Source of the DNA: Armatimonadota bacterium
Lineage (GTDB): Bacteria; Armatimonadota; Zipacnadia; UBA1398; JAKPQA01
Assembly (NCBI GenBank): GCA_029547025.1
Contig: JAKPQA010000085.1
Coordinates: 6,585 to 70,584 of the forward strand
Reading direction: 5' to 3'
Length of the DNA: 64,000 bases
Positions within the stretch are counted from its first letter, which is position 1. Every line of letters starts with the position of its first letter. This document shows, one piece after another, positions 1 through 9,174 of the stretch. A model generated the notes under the pieces. That model ran no database searches, was not told where the DNA came from, and saw only the letters and a program-made list of their open reading frames with translations. A program made the translations under genes and the position numbers.

Positions 1-900
1 CTTCACACCGGGGACATTCGCGCGGTGGACGGTGTCTCGCTGACGGTCCACCGGGGGGAGACCTTGGGCCTGGTCGGCGAGAGCGGATGTGGGAAGTCCA
101 CCCTGGGCCGGGTGGCGGTGAAGCTCATGGAGCCCACGCGCGGGCACGTGCGGTTCGACGGCCAGCCGGTGGACCGGCTGAAGGGCATGGAGCTGATGGC
201 CTTCCGCCGGCGCGCGCAGATCGTGTTCCAGGACCCCTACGGCTCGCTGAACCGCCGCATGACCGCCGGCGCCATCGTGGGCGAGGGACTGCACATCCAC
301 CGGCTGGCCCGACGGAGCCAAGTCCGCGACCGGGCGGCGGAGCTGCTACAGCGGGTCGGTCTGGCCGACACGGACGTGGCCCGCTATCCGCACGAGTTCA
401 GCGGCGGCCAACGCCAGCGGATCGGCATCGCCCGAGCGCTGGCCGTGAGCCCCGAGCTCATCGTGTGCGACGAGCCCGTCAGCGCACTCGACGTGTCCAT
501 CCAGGCTCAAATCATCGAGCTGCTGCGCGACCTGCAGCGCGAGCTGAACCTGTCGTACCTGTTCATCGCGCACGATCTGGCGGTGGTCCGGCACATCAGC
601 CACCGGGTGGCCGTGATGTACCTGGGTCGTCTGTGCGAGGAAGCGCCGCGCGACGTGCTCTACGACGAGCCGCTGCACCCCTACACCCGGGTCCTTCTCG
701 CCGCTGTGCCCGAGCCGGACCCGAAGGTACCCCTGCGGCCGCAGGCCCTCCCCGGCGAGGTCCCCAGTCCGGCCAACCCACCGCCCGGCTGCCGGTTCTC
801 GCCGCGCTGCCCGGTGGCCATCGACGTCTGCCGGCGCGAGCAGCCCCAGTGGCGCGAGCTGGCCCCGGGGCACTTCGTCGCGTGCCACGTGGCGGGGTAG
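1..900 (+). CDS. oligopeptide/dipeptide ABC transporter ATP-binding protein (OppF/DppF-like), 5'-partial at window edge
   Basis: The reading frame is open from nt 1. Walker [13 protein letters not shown] signature LSGGQRQR and Walker B LIVCDEP are present, followed by the C-terminal oligopeptide-ABC extension (CRFSPRCP). Confidence 0.85.
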   Translation, partial: LHTGDIRAVDGVSLTVHRGETLGLVGESGCGKSTLGRVAVKLMEPTRGHVRFDGQPVDRLKGMELMAFRRRAQIVFQDPYGSLNRRMTAGAIVGEGLHIHRLARRSQVRDRAAELLQRVGLADTDVARYPHEFSGGQRQRIGIARALAVSPELIVCDEPVSALDVSIQAQIIELLRDLQRELNLSYLFIAHDLAVVRHISHRVAVMYLGRLCEEAPRDVLYDEPLHPYTRVLLAAVPEPDPKVPLRPQALPGEVPSPANPPPGCRFSPRCPVAIDVCRREQPQWRELAPGHFVACHVAG

Positions 901-917
901 GGGAAGCGCGGCGACCC

Positions 918-976
918 TTGGGCCGGATAGGGTCCCACCGGCCTTCGCCAGGTTCCGGCACACCTCCGAGCAACCG
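918..976 (-). repeat. copy A of a ~58-nt intergenic repeat (TTGGGCCGGATAGRGTCCCACC...GGTTCCGGCA...CCTCCGA...ACCG), 3' of the GH38 gene
   Basis: It aligns to 4172-4229 at about 50 of 59 positions by manual alignment. It lies in the convergent intergenic region between the oppF-like and GH38 genes. A hairpin GGCCGG-loop-CCGGCC is possible. Confidence 0.6.
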
Positions 977-1033
977 AGGAGGGGCCGAATGGAAGGGGCC
1001 CGCGCGGCGGGAAGGGCGCCATCCGGCCCGCCT

Positions 1034-3556
1034 TCACCGCACCACCCGCAGCGTCGCGATCTCAAACGGCCGCAGGTCGAATGTCACCGCGCCGTCGGCC
1101 ACCGGCAGCTCGCCCGTGGCCTCCTCGAGCAGGTTCGCCCGCTCGACGCGAGTGGTCCCCTCGGGCAGCCTGACCCGCACGCCCGGGGTGGCGCGGCCCG
1201 AGGCCTCGTAGAGGCGCAGCACCGCCGCACCGTCGGGCGCGGTCCTGAGAGCTGACACGACCACATGGCGGGGTTCCACCTGGGCCCAGCCCCAACGCGT
1301 CGGCAGCGGGCCCGTGTGAGGGGCGGCGGTCCGAGCAATCAGCGGCTGGTTGAGGGCCTGCCCGTGGTGGAACACGCCGGCCTGGCGCCAGTCGCCCTCG
1401 TGGGGCACGAGCGAGTAGTCGAACGCCAGCCGCTTGCCGCGCTCGAGCCCGGTGGCGCTGGTCATGCCCGGCTCGTAGCCGCCGCCAAAGCCGTAGGCGA
1501 CGATCTGCGTGCTCCGCAGGAGGGACAGGACCAGAGCGCCGTCGATGACTGCATTGCCGGGCAGGCCGCGGTTCAGCAGCGCCAGACCCTTCTCGCCATC
1601 GCTCCAGTCCATCCAGTTCTGGGCGGGGAACTCGATGCCCACGGGCCGCTCGATGGCGCCGAAGGGGATCTCGTGCGTCGCCACACCCTCAGCGATCGAC
1701 GAGGGAAAGACGACGCGGTACCGCACGAACTCGTCGTTGTTGAGGATCTCCGTGTGCACATCGACGCGGGGAACGCCCTGGTAGGTGCGGACGACCGTGC
1801 GGAACTGGCCGCGGTCCCCAAACGCGTGGTCCACCGTGAGCTGGAGCATGACCGGGCCAACCACCAGTTGCGCGCCTTCAGCCCGCTGCTCATCGCTGTA
1901 GACGCCCTTCCCGCGCGGCGCGATGGGGTGGGGGTCCTTCATGGCAATGCGGCTGCCGCCATCGAGCGGCTGATAGGGCTCCCACAGGTCGCCGTGGTCC
2001 TCCTCGCGGACCACGATGTTGCCCGGCGCAGCCAGCGCGTCCCAGCCTGTAGCCTTGAGCACGCAGTGGTCGATGGCGCCGGTGGCCGCATCGATGACCA
2101 GCCGCAACGCGTCGGTCTCGAGCACGACCTCGCCGGACACCTGCTGCTCGCCGGCCGGCGGGGCCGCGTCAAACCGCGGTGCCACGCGGTACAGGCTGTG
2201 GCCCAATGCGGGCACGTCGCGGGCGACGAAGGTGATCTCCGCGGCAACCATGCCACCGTCGGGTAGGCGGTCGGCCCGGAGGATCTGCGCCGGCACCGGC
2301 TTACCATCGGGGCCTACGACTGCCACGCCGGTCACACCAGGCTGCCCGAAGCCCACACGGGCGTGCGCCACGTCCGTCCGCCGGGCCCCAGCGCTGTTGA
2401 ACACCACCAATGGGATGCCCGGGCCTTCGGTGCCGATCCGGGCGCAGTACCGGCCGAGGCGGTCCTCGACTTCGGCCCGCGCCAGCCGGCGCGAGTGATC
2501 GTAGCCGCAGACGCTGTCCTCGTAGACGTGGTCGGTCATCACGCCCGACATGAGATCGTGGGCCTGGTTGAACAGCATGGGCTCCCAGGCACCCCACAAA
2601 TCCCGGTCGGCAACCGGCTCGCCGAGCGAGCCGAGCAGCACGCCGAGCTTCTCCGCCGTGGTGAGGGCCGATTCGAGCTCGCGCGTCCACTGCTTGAGCT
2701 CGATGCGGCTGCTGTAGATGCCCTGGAAGATGGGGTTGAGCTCGCCGGTGACCACCGGGAACGTGTCGTCGATGGGCACGGCCGCCTCGTACTCCTGAGG
2801 CGTGGCGAGCTCCACCGCCACCGCGATGTCCGGCTGGGCGTTGTGCGCCGCGGCCACGGCCGGCAGGTGTCCCTCGGGCTCGCAGACATCCGCGCCGCCT
2901 GGCGCCACCCGGCGGTCGCGCTTCGAGAAGGGGTCCAGCATGTGGTAGCGCTCGTCGACGAACCGGCCGAACTCGGGCACCGTGGCCGGCGAGCCATAGC
3001 TCAGCGCATAGCCATGGGGCAGCCAGTAGGCGGGGACCCTGGTGCCATCGATGCCCTCCCACAGGAACTCAGCCGGCGTCTCCCAGCTCGGGACGCCTCG
3101 GAAGAACCAGAACGACCGGAACCCCGCCTGCGCCAGAAGCTGCGGCATCTGCGCATGGTGCCCGAAGGTGTCGAGCTGCCAGCAGACGGTCACATCGACT
3201 CCGAGCTTCTGGCGGAAGAACCGCTTGCCGTACAGCACCTGGCGGATGAAGGACTCGCCGCCCGGCATGTTGACATCGAGCATGACATCGGTGCCGCCCA
3301 CGATGCCGAGCCGGCCCTCGCGGACGAACTGGCGGAAGCGCGCCGCCTCCTCGGGGAACCTCTCGAGGAACGGCCGCACATAGCAGACCTGGTCGAGGGT
3401 GAAACGGAAGTTCGGATGGGCCTCGAGCAGCGCCAGGGCCCGGAGGATGTTGGGCAAGCCCATGTCGAGGTACTGGTCGCGGGTCTTGAAGACCGCGCCC
3501 TCCCAGTGGGTGTGCGGGATGAAGTAGAGAACCGGTCCGCCGCCAGGGCTGGCCAT
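1034..3556 (-). CDS. glycoside hydrolase family 38-like alpha-mannosidase (840 aa)
   Basis: An N-terminal FIPHTHWEG metal-binding motif resembles the GH38 HxHxD/E motif. The overall length and the order of conserved blocks are typical of bacterial GH38. There is no signal peptide. Confidence 0.6.
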   Translation of the reverse strand: MASPGGGPVLYFIPHTHWEGAVFKTRDQYLDMGLPNILRALALLEAHPNFRFTLDQVCYVRPFLERFPEEAARFRQFVREGRLGIVGGTDVMLDVNMPGGESFIRQVLYGKRFFRQKLGVDVTVCWQLDTFGHHAQMPQLLAQAGFRSFWFFRGVPSWETPAEFLWEGIDGTRVPAYWLPHGYALSYGSPATVPEFGRFVDERYHMLDPFSKRDRRVAPGGADVCEPEGHLPAVAAAHNAQPDIAVAVELATPQEYEAAVPIDDTFPVVTGELNPIFQGIYSSRIELKQWTRELESALTTAEKLGVLLGSLGEPVADRDLWGAWEPMLFNQAHDLMSGVMTDHVYEDSVCGYDHSRRLARAEVEDRLGRYCARIGTEGPGIPLVVFNSAGARRTDVAHARVGFGQPGVTGVAVVGPDGKPVPAQILRADRLPDGGMVAAEITFVARDVPALGHSLYRVAPRFDAAPPAGEQQVSGEVVLETDALRLVIDAATGAIDHCVLKATGWDALAAPGNIVVREEDHGDLWEPYQPLDGGSRIAMKDPHPIAPRGKGVYSDEQRAEGAQLVVGPVMLQLTVDHAFGDRGQFRTVVRTYQGVPRVDVHTEILNNDEFVRYRVVFPSSIAEGVATHEIPFGAIERPVGIEFPAQNWMDWSDGEKGLALLNRGLPGNAVIDGALVLSLLRSTQIVAYGFGGGYEPGMTSATGLERGKRLAFDYSLVPHEGDWRQAGVFHHGQALNQPLIARTAAPHTGPLPTRWGWAQVEPRHVVVSALRTAPDGAAVLRLYEASGRATPGVRVRLPEGTTRVERANLLEEATGELPVADGAVTFDLRPFEIATLRVVR

Positions 3557-3584
3557 GGGGTGAGCACCTTCTGTCGGGGATGAG

Positions 3585-4022
3585 CTAGGAGGTTACCAGC
3601 TGGCCGGGCCAGGCCGCGAGGCCGCCGGCGAGGGCGTAGACCTGGCTGAATCCGCGGGCAACGAGGGCCTCGGCCGCAGTGGCGCTCCGCGCACCGATCT
3701 GGCAGACGACGCAGATCCGCGTGGGCGTGTCGATGCCCGCGGCCCATGTATCCAGGTCGGCCAGTGGCCGATTCACCGAGCCGTGGATATGGCCGGCGGC
3801 GAACTCCGCGGGCGTGCGGACGTCGATGATCTGCAAGGGCAGTCCGTCATCCATCAGGGCCTGGAGCTGGGCGGGCGACACCTCGTGCACGATCGTCCAG
3901 TCGAAGGGTCCGCAGCCCGCGGTGAGGAGCGAAAGCACGGCAAGAACCAGGCAGAGTGTGGGGGCAACACGTCGGCGCACGAGATCCCTTCTTCCGTGAG
4001 AGCATGTGCCGAGCATGGACAT
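3585..4022 (-). CDS. rhodanese-domain lipoprotein (sulfurtransferase-like)
   Basis: The C-terminal rhodanese fold includes the active-site loop CVVCQIGARS. The start was chosen at internal Met80/82 (MSMLGTC...), giving a signal peptide with an LLTAGC lipobox. The longer ORF to 4259 has a non-protein-like N-terminus. Confidence 0.6.
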   Translation of the reverse strand: MSMLGTCSHGRRDLVRRRVAPTLCLVLAVLSLLTAGCGPFDWTIVHEVSPAQLQALMDDGLPLQIIDVRTPAEFAAGHIHGSVNRPLADLDTWAAGIDTPTRICVVCQIGARSATAAEALVARGFSQVYALAGGLAAWPGQLVTS

Positions 4023-4171
4023 CCCATGTGTTCGGCTCCGGGGTCCGGGCATCCTTGGTGGCGGAACCAGGCGCTGTGGAACGCGGGCACAAGAACCCCG
4101 TAATCGGCCGGGGAGAGGGAGAGGTTCTCGACAGCCGGCCCGACGTGGGAGCATGCAGGTTACGGTGAACG

Positions 4172-4229
4172 TTGGGCCGGATAGAGTCCCACCAGCCTGC
4201 GCCGGGTTCCGGCAGGCCTCCGAAGACCG
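4172..4229 (-). repeat. copy B of the ~58-nt intergenic repeat, 3' of the 4260-5192 gene
   Basis: It is about 85% identical to 918-976. The stem arm CCGGCC is changed to CCAGCC, which is a G-U wobble only if the RNA is read from the minus strand. Confidence 0.6.
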
Positions 4230-4259
4230 TCCGCACGCCGCGGCGGCGGGCCCTGCCAC

Positions 4260-5192
4260 CTACGTCGCCACGAGTTCGTAGGCCGTGATCTGCAGCGGCG
4301 CCAGTGGCTGCATCTGGATCGTGCCCGCCGGACCCACGTCGCTCGAATCCAGCTTCTCGCCCGACTGGTCGAAGTGCGACAGGGCGAACGCGTCCACGCC
4401 CGGCACCCATGGGGCCAGGTCATAGCGAAACGTCAGGGGACCTTCAGCGCCCTGGTTGAGCACCAGGGCCAGCACGCGCTCGGGGAGCACGTAGGAGACC
4501 ACCCGCGCGCCGGGCGCCCCTTCGGGGAGCAGGCAGCTCCCAATCAGCACGCCGTCGGTGAAGTAGGGCAAGAAGCGTTGCCGCAGGGCGGCGCACTCCT
4601 TAAGCGTGCGCGACGGCGCCGGCACGTTGTCGATGCGCTCCGAGCCGTTGATCCCGTCGGGCTGGCTGGGCCACACGTTGAGGAACAGGTTGTCCATGAA
4701 TGCGAACTTGGCTTCGGCCTCGGAGCGGTTGATGTTGGCGTTCCGCCGGGGCGCCGGGAATGCGTTGGTGTAGGCCTGGCAGTCGCGGTACCCGCCCCAG
4801 TTCCACGTGTAGTCGAGGTCGTCGCAGTCGACCTCGATGTTCCACAGCTCCTCGCCGCTGAAGCTGGCTTCGGGATCGAGGGTGAGCGCGTACTCGCGGA
4901 CGCGCCGCGTCAGGTCCTGCATGGTCGGGGCGGCCTGGCCGGTCCAGTACTGGTCCCAGCTCACCGAGGCGAAGCCCTTGTCGGCCCACGCGCGCAGCGA
5001 TGCGACGACCTCGTCCTGCCACTGCGGATTCGACGGCCCCACCTGCACGCACGAGTAGCCGGTGGCGTAGGGCGGATTCCAGCGCGGCAGCATCTCGGTG
5101 TGGTAAGTCCACCCGTTGTTGTCGGGCACGGCGAGGTTGTACCGCCCGGCCGTCTTCGGGTTGGCCTGGAGGACGCTGAGGAAGGGGATCAT
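4260..5192 (-). CDS. TIM-barrel glycoside-hydrolase-like protein, probably a 5'-truncated remnant
   Basis: The 310-aa ORF starts at ATG 5190-5192. The same frame stays open and protein-like for 29 more codons upstream (..GTEEEFIEAAARCRELGVR-M) to a stop at 5280 with no alternative start. That stop is only 80 nt from the end of the next gene. Confidence 0.4.
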   Translation of the reverse strand: MIPFLSVLQANPKTAGRYNLAVPDNNGWTYHTEMLPRWNPPYATGYSCVQVGPSNPQWQDEVVASLRAWADKGFASVSWDQYWTGQAAPTMQDLTRRVREYALTLDPEASFSGEELWNIEVDCDDLDYTWNWGGYRDCQAYTNAFPAPRRNANINRSEAEAKFAFMDNLFLNVWPSQPDGINGSERIDNVPAPSRTLKECAALRQRFLPYFTDGVLIGSCLLPEGAPGARVVSYVLPERVLALVLNQGAEGPLTFRYDLAPWVPGVDAFALSHFDQSGEKLDSSDVGPAGTIQMQPLAPLQITAYELVAT

Positions 5193-5359
5193 CCGAACGC
5201 CCAGTTCGCGGCAACGCGCGGCGGCCTCAATGAACTCCTCCTCGGTGCCCAGGTGGGGGAACGCCCCGGGCGGCGAGGATCATGCACCCGCTGGTCCCGG
5301 CCATCTTGGCTCATTCCCCTCCGCGATCAGGCGAGTTGCCAGCGGCGCCGGTGCAGGAC

Positions 5360-6220
5360 CTAGGTCAGCGCCCGGATCTGCTCCATCGAGAGCGCCGCGG
5401 CCCGCTTCACATCGCCGCCCAGCACGCGCTGGTAGTAGGTGAATGACTCGAACTCGACCGAGCAGTAGCCCGTGTAGCCGATGTCGTCCAGGGCGGCGAA
5501 GAAGGCCGTCCAGTCGATCATCCCCTCGCCGAGCAGGGGGAAGATGAAGTCGCCCGGCTGGCGCGTGTCGAGCCCGATGGCGTCCTTGAGGTGCACGTGG
5601 ACGATCCGCCCGGCCAACTGCCGCACCGACCACGGCACATCGTTGCGGTAGAGGGCGAAGTGCGAGGGATCCATGTTCACCGCGAGGTAGGGCGACGGCA
5701 CCTGGCGGAAGAGCTCCTGGAGCGTGTAGTAGTCGCGCGCCAGGTGGCCCCAGACAGCCTCGACCGCCAGGAAAACCTTGCGCTCCTCGGCGACCTTCAG
5801 CACGCGCTCGTAGGCGCGGCGGACCAGATCCCACGCCTCGCCATGGGAGATGTCCTGCCCGAGCCTGGGGGCGCTCGGGTCCCACGGCGCCGGCCCGGTG
5901 AACACGTTCAGGGCGGGAATGCCATGGTCGGCTGCGGCCCGGATGCAGTCCTCGATCAGCCCGCAATGCGTGTCGAAACGCGTGGTGTCGCGCTGAACCA
6001 TGTCCTGCTGCACCACCAGCTCGGAAATGCCCAATCCTCCCGCTCTCGTGGCCTCGACCACGGCCGCCAGTTGGGCCGGCGTGTGCGCCTGTGGATGGAA
6101 GTGGGCCAGAGTCCACTCGACGCCGTCGTAACCGAGCTCGGCAAGGGTGCCCACCACCCGGGCGGGCTCCATGGGGGCGAACCCAAGGCTGGCGAGGAAC
6201 GCGTACTTGCGGGTGCCCAT
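5360..6220 (-). CDS. sugar phosphate isomerase/epimerase (xylose-isomerase-like TIM barrel)
   Basis: Motifs typical of the AP-endonuclease-2 / xylose-isomerase TIM family are present (GYDGVEW, HVHLKD, GYTGYCSVE). The start was set at Met18 (MGTRKYAF...). Confidence 0.7.
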   Translation of the reverse strand: MGTRKYAFLASLGFAPMEPARVVGTLAELGYDGVEWTLAHFHPQAHTPAQLAAVVEATRAGGLGISELVVQQDMVQRDTTRFDTHCGLIEDCIRAAADHGIPALNVFTGPAPWDPSAPRLGQDISHGEAWDLVRRAYERVLKVAEERKVFLAVEAVWGHLARDYYTLQELFRQVPSPYLAVNMDPSHFALYRNDVPWSVRQLAGRIVHVHLKDAIGLDTRQPGDFIFPLLGEGMIDWTAFFAALDDIGYTGYCSVEFESFTYYQRVLGGDVKRAAALSMEQIRALT

Positions 6221-6412
6221 AGACCGCAGACCTCCAGTAGTACTCGGTGCGGGTTCGGCCGCCGGGATCACGGCCGCGGTGGGGTTCCCCTTTGGACTCG
6301 CGGGGACCTACCATCGGGACGCCAAGGGCCATGCCGCCAGCCGCGCAGCAGACTGCAGACGCATGGGGGAAACGCGCGGCCCTCCGGCGCCGCACGGCTC
6401 GGCCATGCCCCG

Positions 6413-7999
6413 CTACTCGAACACCACCGAGAGGAGGCCTTCCCGCTCGCAGCGTTCACGAAGGAAGGACCAGGGCGACATGGCCAGCACCCGCCGCACC
6501 TCATCGGGGCACCCGGAGGCCGTGGCGAAGCGGATGTAGTCAAGATACAGGTCGACCACGGACTGCTTGATGTCCTTGACCTCCGCGAAGCCAATGCGCC
6601 ACAGCGGCCACCACATCTCCTCGACGGTGCCGACCGCGGTCCGGAAGCAGGCCAGCGCCTCGTCGGTCCTCCCCAGGGCCGCGTGGGCCTTGGCGGCCAC
6701 GTGACCGGCGGTCCACAGTGTGTGAACGGCGCCCTGTTGCTCGGCGGCGGCCGCGGCAGCCACGGCCTCCTCGCAAGCCGCCTCAGTGTGTCCAAGCCGA
6801 AGCAGGGCGGACGCCCAGGCAGACTGCGCGTCGGCGGCAAGGCCAAGAGCGCCCATCGCTCTGGCACGGGACAGGCACCGGCTCAGCGCATCGGCCGCAT
6901 CCTTCGCGCGCCCCTGATGGAGAGCGACGCGGGCCAGCAGAACCTCGCCCGAGGCCTCCTGGTGTGCGGCCCGAAGCGCCCGCGCCGCCGCGATGGCGGC
7001 GTCCAGTGGCTCGATCGCCCGCTCAGGCTGGCGCGCCTCGAGGTGGGCCGCGCCCAGCGCGAGGCAGGCTTGGATCAGCGCGAAACGCGCCTGACTCGAG
7101 GAGGCCAGGCTCCGCGCCGCCTCCGCATGGACGACCGCATTGCCACACAGTCCCGCGCAGACGTACCACTCGGAGAGAGCCCAGTTCGCCGTCGCCTCGC
7201 GCAGCCGGTCACCGGCCAGTGAAGCGCCCTGGCGAGCCTGGGTCAAGCATCGCCAGGAATCGGCCATGCTCCCCAGACGGAGGTGGCACAAGCCGGTGTT
7301 GATGAGGGATTCGAGGCTCTGGGACCGGCTATCGGCCATGGCGGCCGAGGCCGACATTTGGGTCGACGCGTCCAGAGCTTCGGCGAACTCGCCGGTATCC
7401 AGGTGAATGTTGGCCCGGTTCCCGGCGAGGTAGGCCTGCAGGTAGGCCGTTTCCCGCGGATTCGCCGGCGCACCGGCGAGGAGCGCCTCGGCGTCCTCGA
7501 TCATCGCTTTGGCCCCGGGGTAGTCACCCATGAGGTGGCGGATGGCCGCGATGCTGATCAGCCCCGTGCATCGGAGGAACCAGCTATCGGCCTCGGCAAC
7601 CACCTGGGCCTGGGCCAGCGCGCTCTCGGGCTGGCCCACGAGCTCGTACGCGTTGACCAGTCCTTGGCGTGACCGAAGCTCGCCCGCCCGGTCACCGATC
7701 TCGGACCACAGCTCGATGGCCTTCGAGTACGCGTCGAGGGCCTCCTCGAAGCTGCCGAGCCGCGAGTGGGCGATGCCCAGATGGTGCCAGGCATGCGCCT
7801 GGGCCTTGCGGTCTCCCAGGGACTCGGCCAGAGCCACCAGGCGCGGGCAGGACTGGATCAGCCCTCGCGGGTCGGCCGGACCCGCTTGAGCCTGAACCAG
7901 GAGGCACAAGTCGGAAAGGCGTTCGCGCGCTTCAGCTTCGAGCTCGGGCGACATGCGGGCGCCCGAGCCCTCTGGCGCGCCGGCTGAATCACGAGCCAT
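6413..7999 (-). CDS. TPR-like repeat protein (528 aa, Ala-rich)
   Basis: It contains repeated helical-hairpin TPR-like units (e.g. AHAWHHLGIAHSRLGSFEEALDAYSKAIEL). No catalytic motif was seen. Confidence 0.5.
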   Translation of the reverse strand: MARDSAGAPEGSGARMSPELEAEARERLSDLCLLVQAQAGPADPRGLIQSCPRLVALAESLGDRKAQAHAWHHLGIAHSRLGSFEEALDAYSKAIELWSEIGDRAGELRSRQGLVNAYELVGQPESALAQAQVVAEADSWFLRCTGLISIAAIRHLMGDYPGAKAMIEDAEALLAGAPANPRETAYLQAYLAGNRANIHLDTGEFAEALDASTQMSASAAMADSRSQSLESLINTGLCHLRLGSMADSWRCLTQARQGASLAGDRLREATANWALSEWYVCAGLCGNAVVHAEAARSLASSSQARFALIQACLALGAAHLEARQPERAIEPLDAAIAAARALRAAHQEASGEVLLARVALHQGRAKDAADALSRCLSRARAMGALGLAADAQSAWASALLRLGHTEAACEEAVAAAAAAEQQGAVHTLWTAGHVAAKAHAALGRTDEALACFRTAVGTVEEMWWPLWRIGFAEVKDIKQSVVDLYLDYIRFATASGCPDEVRRVLAMSPWSFLRERCEREGLLSVVFE

Positions 8000-8083
8000 G
8001 GTCGCTCTCCCTTGGTTGGCAGCCAGGTTGCTGGGGCCGTAAGGCCCACTCGACGGTGCCAGCCGATCCGGTGCGACGCGTCG

Positions 8084-8830
8084 CTAGCGCGGTCCAACGA
8101 ACAGCCGCACCGTGTTCGACTCAGCCCTCTCCAGGCGCGCCTGGACCTCAACCCAACCCGTGCCCCACCCGGCCCTCACCTCCAGCACGTTCGGGTCCGA
8201 AGTGGGGAAGATGGACGCGTCAGTTCGCGTCTCCATCAGCCACACGATCTCCGGACAACCCGTCGCGGCGCGCTGGAGGAACGCCCGGACATAGACCGGC
8301 TCGCCGGGACGCACCCATGGCGCGTCCGCCGCAATCCGGATCCGATCCCTGCTGCCGGCGGGGGCCTGGCTGTCTTCGGGCACCAGACCCGCAACCACTT
8401 CGGTCCGCTTGCCACCCCTGACCTTCACTTGGATATCGGCTGCATTCGAGTTTCCGTTGAGATCGAATCGCAAGAGGGACCGGCCGCTGTGAGGAGCACG
8501 GAAGGCGAACCGGCCATCGGACCCGGTCACGCACACCTCGCGCGCTCCGTCGGGCCCCTCGAGGACCACTTGGGCCCCCTCGGCGGGAACATACGCGTCG
8601 GCACCGGCCGAACGAACCAGAGGGGGCAGCGTGTTGGTGGAGGACACCACCACCCCGCTGACGTCCTCGCCATCGGGGATGCTGCCGCCGCCCGTGCGTA
8701 TGCCCGTCGACGAGGCAGCGGGATTGTCCGACGTCGGAGCGCCCCCTCCACACCCCGACACCCAACCGGTAACCACGATGAGACACACCAGACCCAACCA
8801 CCGCGTCACGCTGAACTCGCCATGCCACAT
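8084..8830 (-). CDS. lipoprotein with carboxypeptidase-regulatory-like/Ig-like beta-sandwich domain
   Basis: The start was chosen at Met57 (MWHGEFSVTRWLGLVCLIVVTGWVSGCGG), which gives a signal peptide plus lipobox. VTGSDGRFAFRAP is a CarbopepD_reg-like motif. Confidence 0.45.
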   Translation of the reverse strand: MWHGEFSVTRWLGLVCLIVVTGWVSGCGGGAPTSDNPAASSTGIRTGGGSIPDGEDVSGVVVSSTNTLPPLVRSAGADAYVPAEGAQVVLEGPDGAREVCVTGSDGRFAFRAPHSGRSLLRFDLNGNSNAADIQVKVRGGKRTEVVAGLVPEDSQAPAGSRDRIRIAADAPWVRPGEPVYVRAFLQRAATGCPEIVWLMETRTDASIFPTSDPNVLEVRAGWGTGWVEVQARLERAESNTVRLFVGPR

Positions 8831-9174
8831 CAGCCTCGCCCCCCACTTCCCACGCCGAGCGCCCTGCCGGGGACCCCCGCCAGACCTTGCCGCTCCGGCG
8901 CCGACCCCGACTGCCACCCCCATCGCCAACGCAGCCGCTCGCCGGGCTTCGGCGACGGCGGGCGCTGGCTCTCCGATGCCATCCTTCCACACTGACAAGC
9001 GGTCGCCGTGACAGTCACGTGGGTGTCCGCATGGCGCGTGCCCGCCCCGCGCAGGCCGCAGGCAGTTGGCGGGGGAGGACGGCGAACGACGCCTACCGAA
9101 GAGTGCCGCTCATGACGACGGAATCCTATGGGAGGCGCGCTCGCTTGCACCCATCACCAGGCGTCCACCGCGTC

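Noticed and set aside
87-1211. 374-aa plus-strand ORF overlapping the ABC ATPase gene.
   Set aside because: It is in an alternative frame of a well-supported CDS and has a composition-biased translation. It is a shadow ORF.
5280-6395. 371-aa minus-strand ORF overlapping the sugar-phosphate isomerase gene.
   Set aside because: It is in the wrong frame relative to the motif-supported isomerase and its translation is non-protein-like. Its stop at 5280 happens to share the frame of the downstream remnant gene, which I used to delimit that remnant.
8028-8075. Possible third, inverted and degenerate copy of the 58-nt repeat (shares GGTTGCT.GG and a GGGCC-GTAA-GGCCC tetraloop hairpin).
   Set aside because: Similarity is patchy and below what I can distinguish from chance in GC-rich DNA without a genome-wide search. 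It is not reported as a feature.
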